Below are positions 25,185 through 34,354 of a DNA stretch of 64,000 nt, piece after piece. This DNA comes from a virus. Taxonomy: Duplodnaviria; Caudoviricetes. The notes below the pieces were generated by a model, which saw only the letters and a program-made list of their open reading frames with translations, had not been told where the DNA came from and made no database searches. The stretch covers positions 16,938 to 80,937 of the IMG/VR virus record IMGVR_UViG_3300048923_000295. One strand, 5' to 3'. The position numbers and the translations under genes were made by a program. Numbering within the stretch: position 1 is the stretch's first letter; each line of letters starts with the position of its first letter.

Positions 25185-26339
25185 ATGGCCTCACACGGGC
25201 CGAAGTGCGCCGCGATCACCCTCAAAGGGCTGCCGTGTAAGAACCGGGCCCGGCCAGGCTCCCCCTACTGCGGCGTCCACAAGAACTACAAGGGCGGCCA
25301 GCACGCCGCCCAGGCGGCCGCCGCCCCGAAGCTCGCGCACCTTGCGGGGAAGGCGAAGCCGACCGCGACCCACCCGCCCGCGGCCCCGCCAACACCAGCA
25401 GCGCCCCCACCGGCCGCCCAGGCCATCCCGCACGACCTCGACGCCACCCCCTACCGGTCCAGCGGCCCGAAACGCACCGTCGGCGCCTACATCAGCCGCC
25501 TCGCCGCCGACCCGAAGGCCCGCGCGCAGACGAAGACGAAACAGGCCGCCCTCGACGACGGTCTCGTGCACACCGACCCGTCGGGCAGCCTGGTCCTCAC
25601 CCCGAAGGGCCATCAGCTCGCCGGCGAACTCGCCATGAAACCGAAACCGAAGCTGGCCGCGCTCGCCAAGCCGAAACCGGTCGGCCCGCTACCCGCTGCC
25701 GTGGCCGCCGCCCAGAACACCCCGAAGCCGCCACCGAAGGGCGCCCCGCCGCCGCTGCTCGTCCCGGGCGCGGTCCACGGCCAGGACGACGTCATCGCCT
25801 ACATGACCGGCCACTCGAAGGCGGTCAGTTACACCGCCCAGCATCGAATGGCGACCCGCACCTACACCACCCCCGTCTACCGGGAAATCAACGGCAACCT
25901 TCGTCACGGAAGCTGGGCGTCGCCTGCCGCGCAGAAGGCCATCGCCGGCCTCGACTCGGCGCTCCAAGCCACCCCACCACTCGACAAGCCGGTGATCACC
26001 CAGCGGGGTATCCGCTTCTACCGCGACGTCCTCGGCGACGTGAAAGTCGGCGACACCATCCACGACAAAGGTTTCATGTCGACGTCGGTGGACCGGAACC
26101 ACGCCTACTACTACGCGACGAAACGCGGCCACGCCAACCAGGCCGCCCTGATGAACATCACCATCCCGCCAGGAGTGCGCGCGCTCAGCATCCTCCCACC
26201 GGCCCCGCCGAACCTCCCCCCGAAATATGGCACCGAACATGAGGTGCTGCTGCCCCGCGGCACGTCCCTGCGGGTCGACCGGATCGTCCGCAACGCGCAG
26301 GGCGTCACGTTCATCGACGCGACCGTGGTCCCCGCCTGA
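25185..26339 (+). CDS. ADP-ribosyltransferase 2 (paralog of ART1)
   Basis: Same N-terminal zinc finger; TYTTPVYREINGNLR; TQRGI; GFMSTS; EHEVLLPRG. Confidence 0.9.
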   Translation: MASHGPKCAAITLKGLPCKNRARPGSPYCGVHKNYKGGQHAAQAAAAPKLAHLAGKAKPTATHPPAAPPTPAAPPPAAQAIPHDLDATPYRSSGPKRTVGAYISRLAADPKARAQTKTKQAALDDGLVHTDPSGSLVLTPKGHQLAGELAMKPKPKLAALAKPKPVGPLPAAVAAAQNTPKPPPKGAPPPLLVPGAVHGQDDVIAYMTGHSKAVSYTAQHRMATRTYTTPVYREINGNLRHGSWASPAAQKAIAGLDSALQATPPLDKPVITQRGIRFYRDVLGDVKVGDTIHDKGFMSTSVDRNHAYYYATKRGHANQAALMNITIPPGVRALSILPPAPPNLPPKYGTEHEVLLPRGTSLRVDRIVRNAQGVTFIDATVVPA

Positions 26340-26381
26340 CCGTCCCCGTTCCACCCCCCGTCCCTCCCGCCGTGGTGCCAG

Positions 26382-26924
26382 GTGCCTGCGGTGAGCCCCT
26401 ACACGCCCACGAGCGAGGTCCAGGTGCCCCGCCGTGAACCGTCCAAGGGCCGTCGCCCGCGCGCTGGCGCAACGTTGTCGGACCAAGAACGCGCGCGGAT
26501 CGCGGAGCTCCACGGCGAGGGGCTCGGCTGCTCCGAGATCGCCCGCCGGATCGGCCGCGACCCGTCGACCGTCTCGCGTGCGGCGAAGAAGCTCGGGCTG
26601 TCCTTCGCCCGGGAGGCCACGAAGGCCGCCACCGAGGCCCACCAGGCCGACATAGCCGCGGAGCGGGCCCAGCTCGCCAGGGACCTCCTGGGCGACGCTC
26701 AGCGCCTGCGAGAGCGTGCCTGGTCGGAGTACAAGGTCGTCACATCGGGCCCGCAGGGCGCGGAGATCACCGTGCTTGAGCTGCCCCCGCTCGGCGACGT
26801 CCGGAACGCCTATGCCTCGCTGGGGATCTGCGTCGACAAGGTCAAGGTCATCACGGACGCGGACCGTGACCCGGTCGGGATGTCGGCGGTTGACGCCTGG
26901 TTGCGCGGAATCACCGGCGGATGA
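26382..26924 (+). CDS. terS: terminase small subunit (HTH)
   Basis: LSDQERARIAELHGEGLGCSEIARRIGRDPSTVSR HTH; directly upstream of terL. Confidence 0.8.
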   Translation: MPAVSPYTPTSEVQVPRREPSKGRRPRAGATLSDQERARIAELHGEGLGCSEIARRIGRDPSTVSRAAKKLGLSFAREATKAATEAHQADIAAERAQLARDLLGDAQRLRERAWSEYKVVTSGPQGAEITVLELPPLGDVRNAYASLGICVDKVKVITDADRDPVGMSAVDAWLRGITGG

Positions 26925-28210
26925 TCGTTCAATCGCTTGTCGCGAAACAGATCCAGTCGTACCGGCTCGCGGATGCTCGGCTCAACATCTGGGACGGCAC
27001 GGTCCGATCGTCGAAGACCATCACCAGCCTGTTGCGGTGGATCGAGTTCGTGAAGGACGCCCCCCCGGGCAACCTGCTTATGGTCGGGAAGACCGAGCGG
27101 ACCCTGCGCAGGAACATCATCGACGTGATGGTCGACATGCTCGGCCGTTCACGCTGCAAGCTCATCGCCGGATCTGGTGAACTCTGGCTCCTCGGCCGTC
27201 GGATCTACCTCTGCGGGGCAGCCGACGAGCGGGCGCAGGAGAAAATCAGAGGTCTCAGCCTCCAGGGTGCCTACTGTGACGAGCTGACCACCTACCCCGA
27301 GTCGTTCTTCTCGATGCTCCTCACTCGCCTGTCCGGCGACGGCATCCACCCCGCCCGCTGCTACGGCACGACCAACCCTGACGGCCCCCGGCACTGGCTT
27401 AAGATCAACTATCTGGACAAGGCGAAGCTCCACCTCACCCTGGACGGCGAGCTACGCCACAGCGACGACCCGGACGCGCTCGACCTCCACCGCTTCTCCT
27501 TCCAACTCAAAGACAATCCCGCGCTGTCACCGGACTACGTCAAGGCGCTGGAGAAGGAGTTCGTCGGCCTCTGGCGGAAACGCTTCATCCTCGGGATGTG
27601 GGTGCTCGCCGAAGGCAGCGTCTACGACATGTTCGACCCCGAGGTCCACGTCGTCGACGAGATCCCGACGATCACCCGCTACGTGGCCCTCGCCGTCGAC
27701 TACGGCACCCGGAACCCGTTCCACGCCGGCCTCATCGGCCTGGGCGTCGACCGCAAGCTGTACGTCATGGCCGAGTGGCGCCACGACTCGCTGGCGGCCT
27801 TCCGGCAGATGTCCGACACCGAGTACGCCACCGCGATCCAAGACTGGCTCGCCAGCATCCCCATCCCCGGCACGAGCCTGCGAGGCGTCCGGCCCGAGTG
27901 GACCTGTGTCGACCCGTCGGCCGCCTCGTTCATCGTCGAGCTCTACAACCGGGGCATCACCGCGGCGAAGGCGAACAATGATGTCCTCGACGGGATCCGG
28001 CTCATCTCGTCCCTGTTCACGAACCGGCAGCTCCTCATTCACCGGTCTTGCCGGTGGCTGGTAGATGAGCTGGTCGGATACTGCTGGGACGATAAAGCGG
28101 CCATGGTCGGTGAAGACAAACCCATCAAGCAGGCCGACCACGGGCCGGACATGTTGCGTTACGGGCTTCTGACCACTCAGGCGCTTTGGCAAGGCCAGAT
28201 CGCGGCCTAG
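26921..28210 (+). CDS. terL: terminase large subunit (PBSX-type)
   Basis: WDGTVRSSKT Walker A, IRGLSLQGAYCDE, GTTNPD, VDYGTRNP, VDPSAASF, DHGPDMLRY. Confidence 0.95.
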   Translation: MIVQSLVAKQIQSYRLADARLNIWDGTVRSSKTITSLLRWIEFVKDAPPGNLLMVGKTERTLRRNIIDVMVDMLGRSRCKLIAGSGELWLLGRRIYLCGAADERAQEKIRGLSLQGAYCDELTTYPESFFSMLLTRLSGDGIHPARCYGTTNPDGPRHWLKINYLDKAKLHLTLDGELRHSDDPDALDLHRFSFQLKDNPALSPDYVKALEKEFVGLWRKRFILGMWVLAEGSVYDMFDPEVHVVDEIPTITRYVALAVDYGTRNPFHAGLIGLGVDRKLYVMAEWRHDSLAAFRQMSDTEYATAIQDWLASIPIPGTSLRGVRPEWTCVDPSAASFIVELYNRGITAAKANNDVLDGIRLISSLFTNRQLLIHRSCRWLVDELVGYCWDDKAAMVGEDKPIKQADHGPDMLRYGLLTTQALWQGQIAA

Positions 28211-28354
28211 GGATTTGACCGGAAGTTGTGCCGGTTGTCGCAGACTTACAGGACCCCGGCAATAGAATCGAACACGTAAGCGAACATGCGCCCCGGGAAG
28301 CGGACGGCAATCCGCCCCCGGGACTTCGAGACACCTTCTACGGAGGTGCCCCGC

Positions 28355-29266
28355 GTGGGCGATCGTACCTGCTCCGTCCCCGGCTGCGCCGGCAAGTACA
28401 AGGCCGCCGGGCTGTGCATCATGCACTACGAACGCAAGCGGAAGAACGGCACGACCGATCCGAAGCAACCGCCCGCCCCTCGCCGCATGGTCGAGGGGCG
28501 GCGCGTCTGCGCGGTCGAGACCTGTACCCGCAAGTACGGCGCCGCCGGCTACTGCCGCCGTCACCACGAGCTTCTGCGAGACACCGGGTCGCTGACCGAT
28601 CCGCGAGACGAAGGTCGGCGAGAGCCGCGGATCTTCGACGGCGTGCGTCGCTGCGAGTTCGAGTCCTGCGACGGGAAGTATCTCGCTAAGGGCTACTGCG
28701 CGAAGCACTACCAGCGGTCCGTCGATGGCAGACCGATGGAAGACCCCACCCCCCGAACACCCCAGGAGCGCCACGCAGCCCGGTTGGCAGCCGGGCGACG
28801 CTACTACGAGCGCAACAGGGAGTCCGAGCTCGCGAAGAACAGGGAATATAGGGCACGTAACCGTGAACGACTGAACGCCGCCTCTCTGGAGTGGCACAAA
28901 CGCAACCCTGGACGGAACGCCGAGAACACGCGCAGGTGGCGCGAGGCCAATCCGGAGCGAGTCGCGCAACGCAACAGCGAATGGTACGCCCGCAACCCGG
29001 ACTGGTCGCGCACTAAGTCTGGCCGCCGTCGAGCGATGAAGCTCGCGACACAGGTCGAGCCGGTCGACTACGCGGTCATCCTCGAACGGCACGGAATGCA
29101 GTGCCACATCTGTAAGGCCCCGATCGAGTCGAAGGCCGTGCTGCACTTCGATCACGTCGTTCCGCTTGTCCGGGGCGGCACGCACACCTACGACAACATC
29201 AAGCCAGCCCACTCTCGGTGCAACCTGAGCAAGCACGCGAAGCTGCTTCCCGCCGAAGCAGGGTGA
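28355..29266 (+). CDS. HNH endonuclease with three N-terminal C-x4-C...C-x2-HY zinc repeats
   Basis: CSVPGC..AGLCIMHY, CAVETC..GYCRRH, CEFESC..GYCAKHY; C-terminal CHIC...HFDHVVPLVRGGTHTYDNIKPAHSRCN; GGAGGT SD. Confidence 0.9.
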   Translation: MGDRTCSVPGCAGKYKAAGLCIMHYERKRKNGTTDPKQPPAPRRMVEGRRVCAVETCTRKYGAAGYCRRHHELLRDTGSLTDPRDEGRREPRIFDGVRRCEFESCDGKYLAKGYCAKHYQRSVDGRPMEDPTPRTPQERHAARLAAGRRYYERNRESELAKNREYRARNRERLNAASLEWHKRNPGRNAENTRRWREANPERVAQRNSEWYARNPDWSRTKSGRRRAMKLATQVEPVDYAVILERHGMQCHICKAPIESKAVLHFDHVVPLVRGGTHTYDNIKPAHSRCNLSKHAKLLPAEAG

Positions 29267-29302
29267 CCGTCCGCCATTCCAACCCGCCGCATAGGAGCCC
29301 TC

Positions 29303-29545
29303 GTGGGATTCCCACCCGCACCCGGTGGCCGGCCGAAGCTCGCCAGCCTCGCGAAGCGCCGCCGTCGTCCCGCCGGCCCGCCGCAGCCCGATGGCGAACC
29401 CGACGAGGACGACACCACCCCGCCGGCTGACGGCCAGGCGCCCGTCCCGGATGACGACGAGGACGACCAGCAGCAACCCCCGGGGCGCCCCGGTGCGTCC
29501 GCGCCCGCGATGCGGAAGAAGCGCCGGCCGCCGTTCGGCCGCTGA
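29303..29545 (+). CDS. small Pro-rich protein carrying the PKLASLAK motif
   Basis: AGGAG SD; 80 aa low complexity. Confidence 0.55.
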   Translation: MGFPPAPGGRPKLASLAKRRRRPAGPPQPDGEPDEDDTTPPADGQAPVPDDDEDDQQQPPGRPGASAPAMRKKRRPPFGR

Positions 29546-29558
29546 CGAAGGAGTCCCC

Positions 29559-29804
29559 GTGGCCCGCTACCGCTCCAGCCCCGTCGCGGTCGACGCCGTC
29601 CACTGGACCGGCACCAACCGCGGCGAAGTCGAGGAGCTCGCGGGCAACGCCGTGCAGGTCCAGCCGGACGGCGCGGCCATGTTCTGGGCGCCGGCAGGGT
29701 CGGTGTGGGCGCCGGCAGGGTCGTGGCTGGTCCTGCGCGGCGGCGGGTTCGAGGTGCTCGACGAGGCGGCGTTCGCGGCCCGCTACGAGCCCGCCGAGGA
29801 CTGA
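29559..29804 (+). CDS. conserved small phage protein
   Basis: RYRSSPVAVDAVHWTG.N..EV...G.WLV......F...YEP pattern; AAGGAG SD. Confidence 0.7.
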   Translation: MARYRSSPVAVDAVHWTGTNRGEVEELAGNAVQVQPDGAAMFWAPAGSVWAPAGSWLVLRGGGFEVLDEAAFAARYEPAED

Positions 29805-30091
29805 CCCGGCCGATTGCTGCTGCTCTCGCGGGCGCTGTAGGTCTCCAACGCCTCCGTGAAATCGTCCGGGTCGTAGTCGCGGGCCTCGACGCCGGCTGCG
29901 TTCGCCCACACGTTCTCCAGGCCCTCGCCGAGCGCCAGGGCGTCGAGGATGCGGCGAGTGTCGCGTGCGGCGGCGCCGGCCTTCGGGTGCGCTTCGAGGA
30001 GCGCGGCGATCCGCTGGAGTTCCTCGGTGAGGCTGGTGCCTCCGAACGTGAGGTCGTACAGCTCGGGGTAGTTGTCGTGCAGCGCGCTCAC
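29783..30091 (-). CDS. hypothetical protein (leftward cassette)
   Basis: GTG start overlaps upstream stop. Confidence 0.55.
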   Translation of the reverse strand: MSALHDNYPELYDLTFGGTSLTEELQRIAALLEAHPKAGAAARDTRRILDALALGEGLENVWANAAGVEARDYDPDDFTEALETYSARESSSNRPGQSSAGS

Positions 30092-30402
30092 TGGTTCGCT
30101 TCCGTCGCGGCCCGGTTGACCTGATCTTCGATGGTCCGAATGACGCCTTCGATGTTGTTGCACTGCCAGACGCCCGGCAGGTCGGTGTAGAGCTTGCCCA
30201 CGGTGTACGAGATCGGGCCGTCTTCGGACCACTGGACGTCATCGATGACCAGCGTGTGGCGGACCTCGGCGACGTCGACGAGTGTCACCCAGCCGTCGTC
30301 ACCCCGGTGGAGTTTGACGGCGCGCGGCTCCAGCATCGTCGCCAGGGCGGGCAGTCCCCCCCCGATGCTCGTGGCGACCCGCTCGGCCTTCCCCTGGTTC
30401 AC
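30088..30402 (-). CDS. hypothetical protein (leftward cassette)
   Basis: GGAGG SD; overlapping start and stop. Confidence 0.6.
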   Translation of the reverse strand: MNQGKAERVATSIGGGLPALATMLEPRAVKLHRGDDGWVTLVDVAEVRHTLVIDDVQWSEDGPISYTVGKLYTDLPGVWQCNNIEGVIRTIEDQVNRAATEANQ

Positions 30403-30638
30403 TTCGCCTCCTGTCCGCAGTGCCCGCAGGCACCGCCCTTGATCGGGCCCTGGTGTCCGCGGGCACAGTCGCGTTCCCAATCGGCCAGCGCCTTGCCAAC
30501 CGCTCGACGGATCGCCGCCGAGACGGTGAACTCCTCGTCGTCCGCGCTGGACGCTACGGCGATCCGCTTGAGACGCGCGAGGCCGTCGCCGCCCATCCGC
30601 AGGCTGATCTGTTCCCGGGCGGGTCGCCGGCTGCTCAT
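30399..30638 (-). CDS. RHH/CopG-like regulator with C-terminal zinc knuckle
   Basis: QISLRMGGDGLARLKRIA...TVSAAIRRAV; C..GH...CGHCG. Confidence 0.7.
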   Translation of the reverse strand: MSSRRPAREQISLRMGGDGLARLKRIAVASSADDEEFTVSAAIRRAVGKALADWERDCARGHQGPIKGGACGHCGQEAK

Positions 30639-30916
30639 TCGGTCGGCTCTTCCCAGTCGTTGATCGGCTCCCAGATCCCGCACTCGATCATCGCGAGCGC
30701 GTCGGAGATCGACACGGTGTCGTGCTGCGGCAGGTAGCCCCGCATTTCGGGCTGCCGCTCGATGACGAGCCTCCCGGCCGGGTCGCAGCGTTCCAACGTG
30801 ATCGTGCAGGCCGGGTCGCTGTCCTCGTAGCTGGCGCCCGGTAGTCCTCCTCGGTAGGTAAACCGAGCCCCGGTGAAAAGAACCGGCTGTCTCGCAAAAG
30901 TTTTCACGTCACCCAT
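30635..30916 (-). CDS. hypothetical protein (leftward cassette)
   Basis: MGDVKTFARQPVLFTG...; coupled to the next gene. Confidence 0.55.
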   Translation of the reverse strand: MGDVKTFARQPVLFTGARFTYRGGLPGASYEDSDPACTITLERCDPAGRLVIERQPEMRGYLPQHDTVSISDALAMIECGIWEPINDWEEPTE

Positions 30917-30952
30917 CGTATCCCACTGTCCGACACTTTCGGGAGGGCCCGC

Positions 30953-33349
30953 GTGCCTCTCCCCGATGGCAGCATCCCTTGGCCCCCACCCCACCTCGCC
31001 CGGCCGTTCGGCGAGATGGACCGGCTCGCCGCCTGGTGGGAAGGCGACCCGGAGAAGCTGTCCGCGGTCTACGGCGGCACCGCCGGCGGCACCACCCAGA
31101 CCTCCCCGTCCAGCGAACGCTCATTCGAGCGGCCCGCGCAGTACCGCGGCGGTGTCGTCGGCGCCGTCGCCCGCTGGTTCTGGGGCCAGCCGACGAGCCC
31201 GCAGCAGCAGCGAACCAAAGTCCACGTCCCCCTCGCCAGCGAGATCGCCAGCGCCTCCGCCGACCTCCTGTTCAGCCGGGCGATCACCGTCACCTGGGGC
31301 GACGAGGCCGCCCGCCGCGCAGACCGTGACGCGGCCGTCCAAGACGCCCAGGACCTCGCCGACCAGCAGGCCGCCGACGACCACGCCGCGGCGATGGACG
31401 ACGCCGGTGTCGACCCGGACGACCCGGCCCTGGCGAACCCGATCACCGGCGAGCCCCCGCAGCCGCCCAAGGCCGACCCCGTCGACGCCCCGGACGTCCC
31501 CCCGGACCCGGCGCAGCTCCGCTTCGACCAACTCCGCGAAGCCAGCATGCTCGACGCGACGCTTCTTGAGGCAGCCGAGATCGCCGCCGCCATGTCCGGC
31601 GTCTACCTGCGTCTGGTGTGGGACGAGGAACTCCAGGACGGCCCGTGGATCGACATCGTCCACCCCGACAGCGCGGTGCCGGAGTGGCGCTACGGCCGCC
31701 TGTGGGCGGTGACGTTCTGGCGTGAGCTGGTGAGCTCGGACGAGTCCCAGAACCGCGGCAAGGTGATCCGCCATCTCGAACGGCACGAGCGCGGGCAGAT
31801 CCTGCACGGCCTGTACGAGGGCGACCGGGACAACCTCGGACGCGCGATCCCCTTGTCCGAGGCGCCGGACCTTGAGGGGCTGGTCGAGTCCCTCGAAGAC
31901 GGAAACAAGATCGCCACCGTTGAGGGGCGCCTGACCGCCTGCTACGTGCCGAACATGCGCCCCGCCCCGCAGTGGCGCCGCCTGCCGCAGCTCGCCCCCC
32001 TCGGCCGCTCCGACTACACCCCGCCCGTTCTGGCCCTCATGGACCAGTTGGACGAGGTGATGACGAGCTGGATGCGCGACATCCGCCTCGGTAAGGCCCG
32101 GATCCAGGTGCCCGAGAGCTACCTGGAAACCCAGGGGCGCGGCAAAGGGGCGCTGTTCGACGAGGACCGTGAGGTCTACACGACGCTGGCGATGCTGCCA
32201 ACGCCCGCCGGCCCGCCGCAGATCACGGCGACACAGTTCGCGATCCGCGTCGACGAGCACGAGCGGACCGCCCGGGCGTTGATGGACGCGATCGTCCGCG
32301 GCGCCGGCTACAGCTCGCAGACGTTCGGCAGCGACGCTGAAGGCGCCGGCGCGACGACCGCGACCGAGATCAACGCCCGCGAAAAGCGCAGCGTCATGAC
32401 CCGCGAGAAGAAGATCCGCTACTGGGACAACGCCCTGTCGGACCTCTTCTACACGTGGCTCCTCCTCGACGCCGCCCTCGCCGGCGTGAAGGCCGCACCG
32501 CCGGCCGCGGACACCGAACCGAAGCCCGGCCAGCCCCAGCCCGGCGATGCCCCGGCCGAGCCTGGGAAGGGCACGGGCACCGACGGGAAGAAGCCCGTCT
32601 TCGGGAAACAGGCCGAACCAGCGCCCGGCCCGCCCGGCACGAAGCCGACCCCCGGCGACGCGAAGACCCCGCCTGCGGGCAAGGGCAAGCCGTTCAGCCA
32701 GCAGGGCCAAGACGACACCGCCCAGCCCGCGGGGAAGCGCCGTCCGTTCGGCAAGGGCAAGGCGGGCGCTCCGCCGTTCGGGCAGAAGCCGGCCAGCGCC
32801 CAGCCCGGCGACGCGCAGGACGGCCAGACCCCAACCGGCGCTCCACCCGCACCAGCCGGCAAGGCCGGTGGCCGGTCGGGTCCGACGCTCGGCGCTCTCG
32901 CCCGCACCGCCCAGCAGCCCACCGACCCGAACGCCGATCCGCAGGCGGACGAGCAGGACCCGAACGCCGCCCTCGACCCCAACGCCCCCGCAGCCCCGGT
33001 CATCCCCGACGGGCCGCCGGAGCTGTCCTGGCCGGCGCTCGCCGACGCCGACCAGCTGACCCTGGCACAGACCGCGCAGGCGATTTTCGCCGCCTCGGCC
33101 GCCAGCAAGTACACCTTGGTCAAACTCCTCCACCCCGACTGGGACGAGGACCAGATCCAGGACGAACTCGCCCGCATGGACGAGGACACCAAGGCCGCGG
33201 CGCCGGCGCCCGACCCGATGTCCATGGGCGCCGAACAGCCCCTCGGCGGCGCTCCGTTCGGGCAGGACCCGATGGACGACGGCACGGGCAACCAGGGCGA
33301 CTTCGGACAGGACGACGGCAGCGGCGACGGCGGGGTGCCCTTCCAGTGA
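30953..33349 (+). CDS. portal protein (SPP1 gp6-like) with acidic and Pro/Gly/Lys-rich insertions
   Basis: WPP..., HVPLASEIASASADLLF, YVPNMRP, GRSDY, LDEVMTSW.RDIRLGK, S.YTLVKLLHPDWDEDQIQDELAR. Confidence 0.9.
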   Translation: MPLPDGSIPWPPPHLARPFGEMDRLAAWWEGDPEKLSAVYGGTAGGTTQTSPSSERSFERPAQYRGGVVGAVARWFWGQPTSPQQQRTKVHVPLASEIASASADLLFSRAITVTWGDEAARRADRDAAVQDAQDLADQQAADDHAAAMDDAGVDPDDPALANPITGEPPQPPKADPVDAPDVPPDPAQLRFDQLREASMLDATLLEAAEIAAAMSGVYLRLVWDEELQDGPWIDIVHPDSAVPEWRYGRLWAVTFWRELVSSDESQNRGKVIRHLERHERGQILHGLYEGDRDNLGRAIPLSEAPDLEGLVESLEDGNKIATVEGRLTACYVPNMRPAPQWRRLPQLAPLGRSDYTPPVLALMDQLDEVMTSWMRDIRLGKARIQVPESYLETQGRGKGALFDEDREVYTTLAMLPTPAGPPQITATQFAIRVDEHERTARALMDAIVRGAGYSSQTFGSDAEGAGATTATEINAREKRSVMTREKKIRYWDNALSDLFYTWLLLDAALAGVKAAPPAADTEPKPGQPQPGDAPAEPGKGTGTDGKKPVFGKQAEPAPGPPGTKPTPGDAKTPPAGKGKPFSQQGQDDTAQPAGKRRPFGKGKAGAPPFGQKPASAQPGDAQDGQTPTGAPPAPAGKAGGRSGPTLGALARTAQQPTDPNADPQADEQDPNAALDPNAPAAPVIPDGPPELSWPALADADQLTLAQTAQAIFAASAASKYTLVKLLHPDWDEDQIQDELARMDEDTKAAAPAPDPMSMGAEQPLGGAPFGQDPMDDGTGNQGDFGQDDGSGDGGVPFQ

Positions 33350-33498
33350 GCACCCCGTCCCGGTCGCTCGGCTGGCACGTCATCAGCGGCGAAGACCTCC
33401 TCGCACTGCTCCGCCGGGCCGCTGCCGGTGAGGATCCTGACCTGCTCTACGCCGAGGCGTGGGCGAACGCCGACCACGAGCCGGTTGACGGCGACTGA
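33346..33498 (+). CDS. small hypothetical protein
   Basis: HVISGEDLLALLRRAAAGEDPDLLYAE; GTGA-coupled. Confidence 0.55.
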   Translation: MSTPSRSLGWHVISGEDLLALLRRAAAGEDPDLLYAEAWANADHEPVDGD

Positions 33499-33513
33499 TC
33501 TTCTGGAGGCCCG

Positions 33514-34344
33514 GTGGCCTCCCGCGCCCGTCCGAAGCTCGGCGACCTCGCACGCAAGACCCGCACCTACAAACGCGACGGCCGCGGACGGTTCGCCCAC
33601 ACGGCCAGCTCAGGCCCGGACGCCTCCGCGATCGGCATCGGCCGCCGCCGCGAACCCGGCCGTCACCGCGCCGGACGCCCCCCGGCCGCGCACGAGGAAG
33701 CCGAGCGGCGCCTCCGCCAACGCTTCGGTGCGGACCGGATCCACGTCGCTGACCGCGACGATCCCGCCGTCCGCAAAGCCCTGGTCGACCTGGACCGGCT
33801 ACCTGCCGACCATCAGGAGCGTCTCGCCCGCCACCTCTCCGGTGTCGACGGCGGGGGGATCCTCATCGGCCGGGGCATGGCCATGGACGTCTACCGGGCC
33901 CACGGCCGGCAGGACCTGATCGAGCGAGGCTGGGGGCAGCCGACAGCCCGCTCGGCGGTTGGCCTGTACCAGTACGGGCCGCGGGTCATCGCGATCGGCA
34001 CTGTCGAAACCGGCTCACCATCAACCGCGCAGCACGAAGCCGGCCACGCCCTGGACCATGCGCTCGGGAATCCGTCGCAGAACCGCCGCTTCCCCGTCTG
34101 GCATGCCGTGTCCCGGGCGCGCCACTACGACCTGCTGTTCGACTACTTCGCGCAGGCGAACGGCGACGGCCAGCGGGAGACGTTCGCCGAGGGATATGCG
34201 CTGTGGAACGCCCACCGGGATGCCCCGGACCGGGCCCGTCGGATCGCTGAGGGGCTCGGCGCACCGGTCGACAACCCGAAGCTCCGCGGCGAGTCCGAGA
34301 AGCTGGGCCGTACTCTCGGCGACTTCTTCGACACGCTCGTCTAG
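33514..34344 (+). CDS. zincin metallopeptidase (anthrax lethal factor-like HExxH...E)
   Basis: QHEAGHALDH, RETFAEGY; N-terminal RDGRGRFA motif. Confidence 0.8.
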   Translation: MASRARPKLGDLARKTRTYKRDGRGRFAHTASSGPDASAIGIGRRREPGRHRAGRPPAAHEEAERRLRQRFGADRIHVADRDDPAVRKALVDLDRLPADHQERLARHLSGVDGGGILIGRGMAMDVYRAHGRQDLIERGWGQPTARSAVGLYQYGPRVIAIGTVETGSPSTAQHEAGHALDHALGNPSQNRRFPVWHAVSRARHYDLLFDYFAQANGDGQRETFAEGYALWNAHRDAPDRARRIAEGLGAPVDNPKLRGESEKLGRTLGDFFDTLV

Positions 34345-34354
34345 GATGCCGGCC

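Noticed and set aside
28268-28285. LexA/SOS box upstream of HNH (TCGAACACGTAAGCGAAC)
   Set aside because: Left half matches TCGAAC but the right half does not match GTTCGA; too weak to call.
27527-33600. Long minus-strand ORFs opposite terL, HNH and portal
   Set aside because: Antisense shadows of well-supported genes.
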